The position numbers and the translations under genes are program-made. This document shows positions 59,701-64,000 of a DNA stretch of 64,000 nucleotides, piece by piece (position 1 is the stretch's first letter; each line of letters starts with the position of its first letter). The notes under the pieces are model-generated. The model was not told where the DNA came from. It saw only the letters and a list, made by a program, of their open reading frames with translations, and ran no database searches. This DNA is from a virus, in IMG/VR virus record IMGVR_UViG_3300013006_000018; one strand, written 5' to 3'.

Positions 59701-59749
59701 TACATTATTTTTATCATATGTACACCGTTTTTCAAGATAAATAATATAA

Positions 59750-60175
59750 ATGAAGGGGAATACTTTTTTGACGTGTTTGTTAGAAGCTAGTAATCTTAAG
59801 AAAATAAGAATTAAGGTTGATCCAAGTGAAATTTCCCATGCCACCGACTTCAGTAAATGTAACGGGTATGAAGGTTATATTCTAAGAGAGAAACTCGGTA
59901 AAACAAAGATTATAGTTCTATCTCCAGATTTCCCTATCTTTGATGATATCCCTAGTGATTACTTAGAGAATATTATAGATGAAAGAGGAACAGATGTTAT
60001 AGATGATTTTAAATGTTTTGTACACAGTAAGCTCGAGCTTAAGGAAGGTGATCCTTTCATTGAGTGTTTAGCTAAAGCAGAAACTATCGAGGACATTGAA
60101 GCAGGGTTAAAGCAAAGAGGTTTAGAACCAGAAAAAATAAGCAACCTATATAGGGATTTTATTTCTAATGAGTAA
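59750..60175 (+). CDS. late hypothetical protein
   Basis: GATAAATA 6 nt upstream; F...LLEAS; YEGYIL. Confidence 0.6.
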   Translation: MKGNTFLTCLLEASNLKKIRIKVDPSEISHATDFSKCNGYEGYILREKLGKTKIIVLSPDFPIFDDIPSDYLENIIDERGTDVIDDFKCFVHSKLELKEGDPFIECLAKAETIEDIEAGLKQRGLEPEKISNLYRDFISNE

Positions 60176-61013
60176 ATACAACAGACGCGTAGAGCAACTT
60201 TTAAATGAGGCAGGCTGGCTTAAAGCAGCAGCCAAAACAGCAGCAAAGGGTGTAGGTACAGGAATGAGAAAATTAGTAAATCCGGCTGCATGGCTTCAAG
60301 GGGCTTCAAATGTTGTTAAGGGCGCACAAGCGGTTGCTAATGCCCCTGCAAATATCGGTAAAGCAGTTAAGGGTGCTGTAGTAGATAATGATTATTCACC
60401 GCTCTCAAACGCTCTTGGAAACATGTCACAAAAGCTCGGTAATTTTGATAACAAAGCAACTGACGCGATAACACAGCAAAGGGCAAAAGATACTCAAGCA
60501 GGGGATCAAAAGACAATGAGTACATTGCAGGGGTTTGCAGGTGACCCTCGTGCGGGTAATAATATTACACTATATGATATCCCTGGTGTTATGGATGGCG
60601 GTTCAAGTACAGGTACGATTAAGCAAGCACAACCATACAAAGACGGGTTTGTATATACAGCGAATATAAAGTCCAATACACCTAACGGGCCAGATACAGC
60701 AAATATAGTTTATTCCAAAGGTAGCCCGAACGTACAAGTTTTCTTTTCGAAAAAAAATGTGCCAATGCCAGATTTAACAATTAATACATATATGAGTAAA
60801 GGTGATAAAGGAGGCAATGCCTGGTCAATTTTAAGTCCGAGGAGCTATAAGAGTGATAACTCGGCAGCAGTAGATGTTAGTAATATACAAGGAACCCTGC
60901 CTTCTGTTGGTGCAGAAGTTACTTTTAAAGATAATAATGGTAAAATGTCACGTGGAACGTATCTAGGTTTTAATGACCCGACTGGAAAAAGTCTTCGTGT
61001 TATAAGAAAATAA
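60168..61013 (+). CDS. late hypothetical (putative head/ejection) protein
   Basis: EQLLNEAG followed by A/G/K-rich amphipathic helix. Confidence 0.6.
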   Translation: MSKYNRRVEQLLNEAGWLKAAAKTAAKGVGTGMRKLVNPAAWLQGASNVVKGAQAVANAPANIGKAVKGAVVDNDYSPLSNALGNMSQKLGNFDNKATDAITQQRAKDTQAGDQKTMSTLQGFAGDPRAGNNITLYDIPGVMDGGSSTGTIKQAQPYKDGFVYTANIKSNTPNGPDTANIVYSKGSPNVQVFFSKKNVPMPDLTINTYMSKGDKGGNAWSILSPRSYKSDNSAAVDVSNIQGTLPSVGAEVTFKDNNGKMSRGTYLGFNDPTGKSLRVIRK

Positions 61014-61022
61014 CTCCAAGAG

Positions 61023-61129
61023 TTGATTTTTCACACATTTTTTATATAATATTATAGGTATAGAAAAGACTGTCTTTGTGTATATAGTATCCCCTCTTTA
61101 TGTTGATTAGTGAATCCATATACTATAAT
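61023..61129 (+). promoter_or_regulatory. tandem sigma70-like promoters upstream of queD
   Basis: TTGATT-N16-TATAAT (61023-50) and TTGATT-N15-TATAAT (61103-29). Confidence 0.55.
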
Positions 61130-61137
61130 TACATATA

Positions 61138-61785
61138 ATGAAATACAGCAGTACAAAGATTTTAGAATTAGGTAGTTGTGCATTTCGTCAACCAAAAGCT
61201 ACAAGCCATTGCAGATTTTTACATGGTTATAGATTACAAGCTAAATTTTGGTTTACCTGCAATGAACTAGATGAGAATGGTTGGGTTGTGGATTTCGGTG
61301 GCTTAGATGGTCTGAAAAAAGAGTTACAAAAGATGTTTGATCATACAACATGCATTGCATTAGATGACCCATATCTCAAAGATTTTGAAGAACTCAATAG
61401 AAAAGGAATTATCGATCTTCGGGTGTTTCCTTATGGTGTAGGCATAGAGAAGTTTGCAAAAGAGGCATATAATATAGCTAATAAAAATGTTAAAGCGTTG
61501 ACTAATGAAAGATGCTGGGTCACGAAAGTTGAAATGTGGGAACATGAAAAGAACTCTGCAATATATGAGAATGAACCCTTAGTGACAAGTGTATCTGTAG
61601 GTTCTTTAGCACCTACCTTGGTATCTAATCCGGAACCGGTGCAAGATATACAACAAGTACAACCTAAAATTGAACCCTTAAGTCAGCCGGTCGCAGAACA
61701 TAATCCGAATGCTGCGCCTCTTTATACAAAAAAGAGTTCCGGTTATAGTAATTTATTTGGCGGGACAAGCTGGGGTACCAAATGA
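61138..61785 (+). CDS. queD: 6-carboxy-tetrahydropterin synthase QueD with C-terminal extension
   Basis: CAFRQ, SHCRFLHGY, GWVVDFG, FDHT, G.EKFA, WEHEKNSA. Confidence 0.9.
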   Translation: MKYSSTKILELGSCAFRQPKATSHCRFLHGYRLQAKFWFTCNELDENGWVVDFGGLDGLKKELQKMFDHTTCIALDDPYLKDFEELNRKGIIDLRVFPYGVGIEKFAKEAYNIANKNVKALTNERCWVTKVEMWEHEKNSAIYENEPLVTSVSVGSLAPTLVSNPEPVQDIQQVQPKIEPLSQPVAEHNPNAAPLYTKKSSGYSNLFGGTSWGTK

Positions 61786-61985
61786 ACGATAAAAATAAAC
61801 CAATGAATGCTGAAACAAAGCAGCAATTATACGGCGGTGAGATAACAGATTATGAACCGAAGCTTCAAGACAAATATCCGTACAAAAACGATAAAAAAGA
61901 TCTCGAGAATATTTACGATCAAATCTCTAAGAAACAAAAAAATATTCTAAACAATAAAGATATTAAGAAGATTTCTAACGATTAA
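61782..61985 (+). CDS. small hypothetical protein
   Basis: ATGA-coupled to queD. Confidence 0.5.
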   Translation: MNDKNKPMNAETKQQLYGGEITDYEPKLQDKYPYKNDKKDLENIYDQISKKQKNILNNKDIKKISND

Positions 61986-64000
61986 CACGGACCGGTTTGT
62001 ATTGAGGGTCGACCACCGAAAGGATTTGTGAAGCCTGTTTTATTTGAACAATAGTAGACTGTACCCACAGGACCAAGTGCATTGTATCCTAATACAGGAG
62101 CATTACCTGTAAAGGTATAGTTTATTAATTCTAAAGTATTATAAAAAGCAAAGCTACCTATATAAGAAAGAGAATTACTTACAGTTAGATTAGCCAGCCT
62201 CTGATTATCCCCAAACGTCCAGTCTGGAATGTCTTTTGTTAAAACTACAGCAGATTTTAGATAATAATCTTGTCTAAAACAATCTTGTCCAAAGCTAACT
62301 ACTGAACTAGGAATGTATACCCCTGTAAGAGAGTAACAATAACTAAACGCACCGATACCTATAGCTGTAACACTGCTTGAAATCGTTACATCATATAAAC
62401 TGGTACTTGTAAACGCTTCCCGTCCAATAGTATTAAGACTGGCAGGCATCTGTATACTTGATAAAGGCGCTGCGTAAAATGCATAATCTTCTATAGCTGT
62501 AACCCCGCTAGGAATTAAAAACTTAGAAATTTTTGTAAATCTATCTTTACCTGTATTGAATGCTAACAATTTTGTCATTGTTTTATTGTATAAAATACCT
62601 GATGAACTTGTAAAATAAGCATTATTAGGATCTACGTAAATAGCGGAAAGTGCGCGGGCATAACTTAAGCCATAGCCTACTTGAGAAACATTACGAGGTA
62701 TTGTAAATGTAGACATGCTATGACAACTAGTGAAGGGCATAGCACCTATTCCTAAAAGACTATCGGGAGCACGAAGTGCTGTGAGGCTCCCCATACCCGC
62801 GAAGCATCTGGTTTGAAAATATTTTACACCTTCTGGGATGATAATATTATTACAGTGTGAATTGTAAAATGCCCCTTCTCCAACTGTATCTACAGTGCCT
62901 GGAATAGTAAAGGTACCACTTAAACCGGGTGCAACACCTATTATTGTAGTTTTGGATTTATTATAATATGCAAGACCGTCCGATGTGAAGTATGGATTGC
63001 TTGGATCAATAGTTATTGAAAGTAAATTCTCAGCGTACATTAGTATATTTGAATATCCTTGGCCGCCGGATGTTTGAAAACCTGTACCGAATCTTACAGC
63101 AGATAGACTAGGGTTTATATATATGCTTGTGGAGTCAAGAGAAGTAACGCTGTTTGTAAATGTTATGCTTTTTAAGGAGCTATTGCTATAGATACAAACA
63201 TAGTCAACAGTATTGACATAATCTATTATTAACTCTCCGCTCATACTTGTATTATAAAAGGTGTAGGCACCTAGTCTTTTTGCACTTGATCCAAATTGTA
63301 CTCCCGTTAAAAATGGACTGGCAGAGTTGCCTCCATAACTATCTGCACTTATGTCGCTACTATATACTGTAATAGGCGCTCTATCTTTAAAATAAAATAT
63401 AGTAGGGCCACCTATAGGTGGCCTCGTAGGTGTTGGGGTACTGGTACTCACTGGTGTATCGGTAGGTGTAACAGAAGGTGTCATCGTTGGTGTCTTGGTC
63501 ATTGTAACCGAAGGTGTGGGTGTTAACGTTCTAGTTGTTGTAGTTGTAGGTGTTGGAGTTGAGAACGATGTCTTTGTTGGTGTAGCTGTTGGTGTTGCAG
63601 TGCCCCCGGGTGTTCTTGTTGGTGTAGGTGTAGAGGTTTGTACAGGTGTATCTGTAGGTGTAGGTGTCTGGGTAGATGTTGCAACAGGCGAAGCACCCGG
63701 TGAGCTAGTCACCGACGGGGTAACAGACGGGGTGACAGGGTTTGTAGTCGCAGGTGTAGCTGCTGGTGTTGTTTGCGGTGTACTTGTTGGTGTGGGGGTC
63801 GGGGTTACTAAGAGAGTGCTTGTGGGTGTAACAGTAGGTGTTATATTAGGAGTAGGCTCCGGTGTACCTGTTGGAGTAGGTGTTGGCTCCGGGTTGGTCA
63901 TATCGAAGACCCCGTAAGCTACCACCAGGTAAGATGAACCCGGTTCAAAAGCAGTAAAAGGCGAAGCATAGCCGGGCGAGTATGATATGAATCCGGTACC
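61982..64000 (-). CDS. Thr/Pro-stalk protein with BspA/TpLRR-type leucine-rich repeats, partial (start beyond window)
   Basis: Frame open to 64000 (GTGFISYSPG...); TP tract; repeats IP..VT.IG..AF and N.YF.S.DG..YNK..T. Confidence 0.85.
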   Translation of the reverse strand, partial: GTGFISYSPGYASPFTAFEPGSSYLVVAYGVFDMTNPEPTPTPTGTPEPTPNITPTVTPTSTLLVTPTPTPTSTPQTTPAATPATTNPVTPSVTPSVTSSPGASPVATSTQTPTPTDTPVQTSTPTPTRTPGGTATPTATPTKTSFSTPTPTTTTTRTLTPTPSVTMTKTPTMTPSVTPTDTPVSTSTPTPTRPPIGGPTIFYFKDRAPITVYSSDISADSYGGNSASPFLTGVQFGSSAKRLGAYTFYNTSMSGELIIDYVNTVDYVCIYSNSSLKSITFTNSVTSLDSTSIYINPSLSAVRFGTGFQTSGGQGYSNILMYAENLLSITIDPSNPYFTSDGLAYYNKSKTTIIGVAPGLSGTFTIPGTVDTVGEGAFYNSHCNNIIIPEGVKYFQTRCFAGMGSLTALRAPDSLLGIGAMPFTSCHSMSTFTIPRNVSQVGYGLSYARALSAIYVDPNNAYFTSSSGILYNKTMTKLLAFNTGKDRFTKISKFLIPSGVTAIEDYAFYAAPLSSIQMPASLNTIGREAFTSTSLYDVTISSSVTAIGIGAFSYCYSLTGVYIPSSVVSFGQDCFRQDYYLKSAVVLTKDIPDWTFGDNQRLANLTVSNSLSYIGSFAFYNTLELINYTFTGNAPVLGYNALGPVGTVYYCSNKTGFTNPFGGRPSIQTGPC

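Noticed and set aside
61051-61137. preQ1 riboswitch upstream of queD
   Set aside because: No recognisable P1 stem with loop consensus and A-rich 3' tail
1-64000. Alternative genetic code, tRNAs, DGR/retron elements
   Set aside because: Core genes are intact in the standard code with all three stop codons used; no tRNA cloverleaf or reverse transcriptase recognised

Overview
This is a 64-kb, AT-rich segment of a large T4-like (myovirus) phage genome, densely packed with genes. It contains: (i) a baseplate/tail module (gp6, gp25, gp53, hub-, gp48-, gp54-, gp19-, gp18- and gp3-like genes), terminase gp17, a probable gp16 and neck gp14; (ii) the T4-type replication/recombination core (gp44, gp45, gp32, gp41, gp61, gp43, UvsX/W/Y, gp46/47), dUTPase and late sigma factor gp55; (iii) a dispersed 7-deazaguanine pathway (folE, queD, queC, stand-alone class II glutamine amidotransferase), two glycosyltransferases and an NDP-rhamnose-type epimerase/reductase; (iv) three mucin-like Thr/Pro-stalk proteins with different heads (M8-like metalloprotease plus cupredoxin-like domain; almost no head; BspA-type LRR); (v) about a dozen late genes with T4-like capsid-targeting N-termini, many inserted antisense among the early genes. 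The most striking sequence-level result is regulatory. Two promoter classes, TTGA(A/T)(A/T)-N16-TA(A/T)(A/T)AT and gp55-type (N)ATAAATA, mostly sit only 5-8 nt upstream of start codons with no room for a Shine-Dalgarno sequence, implying near-universal leaderless mRNAs. Upstream TGA stop codons are reused as the -35 box, giving exactly 30-nt intergenic gaps, and early and late promoters are repeatedly interlocked back-to-back. All product calls come from motif recognition and synteny; no searches were run.
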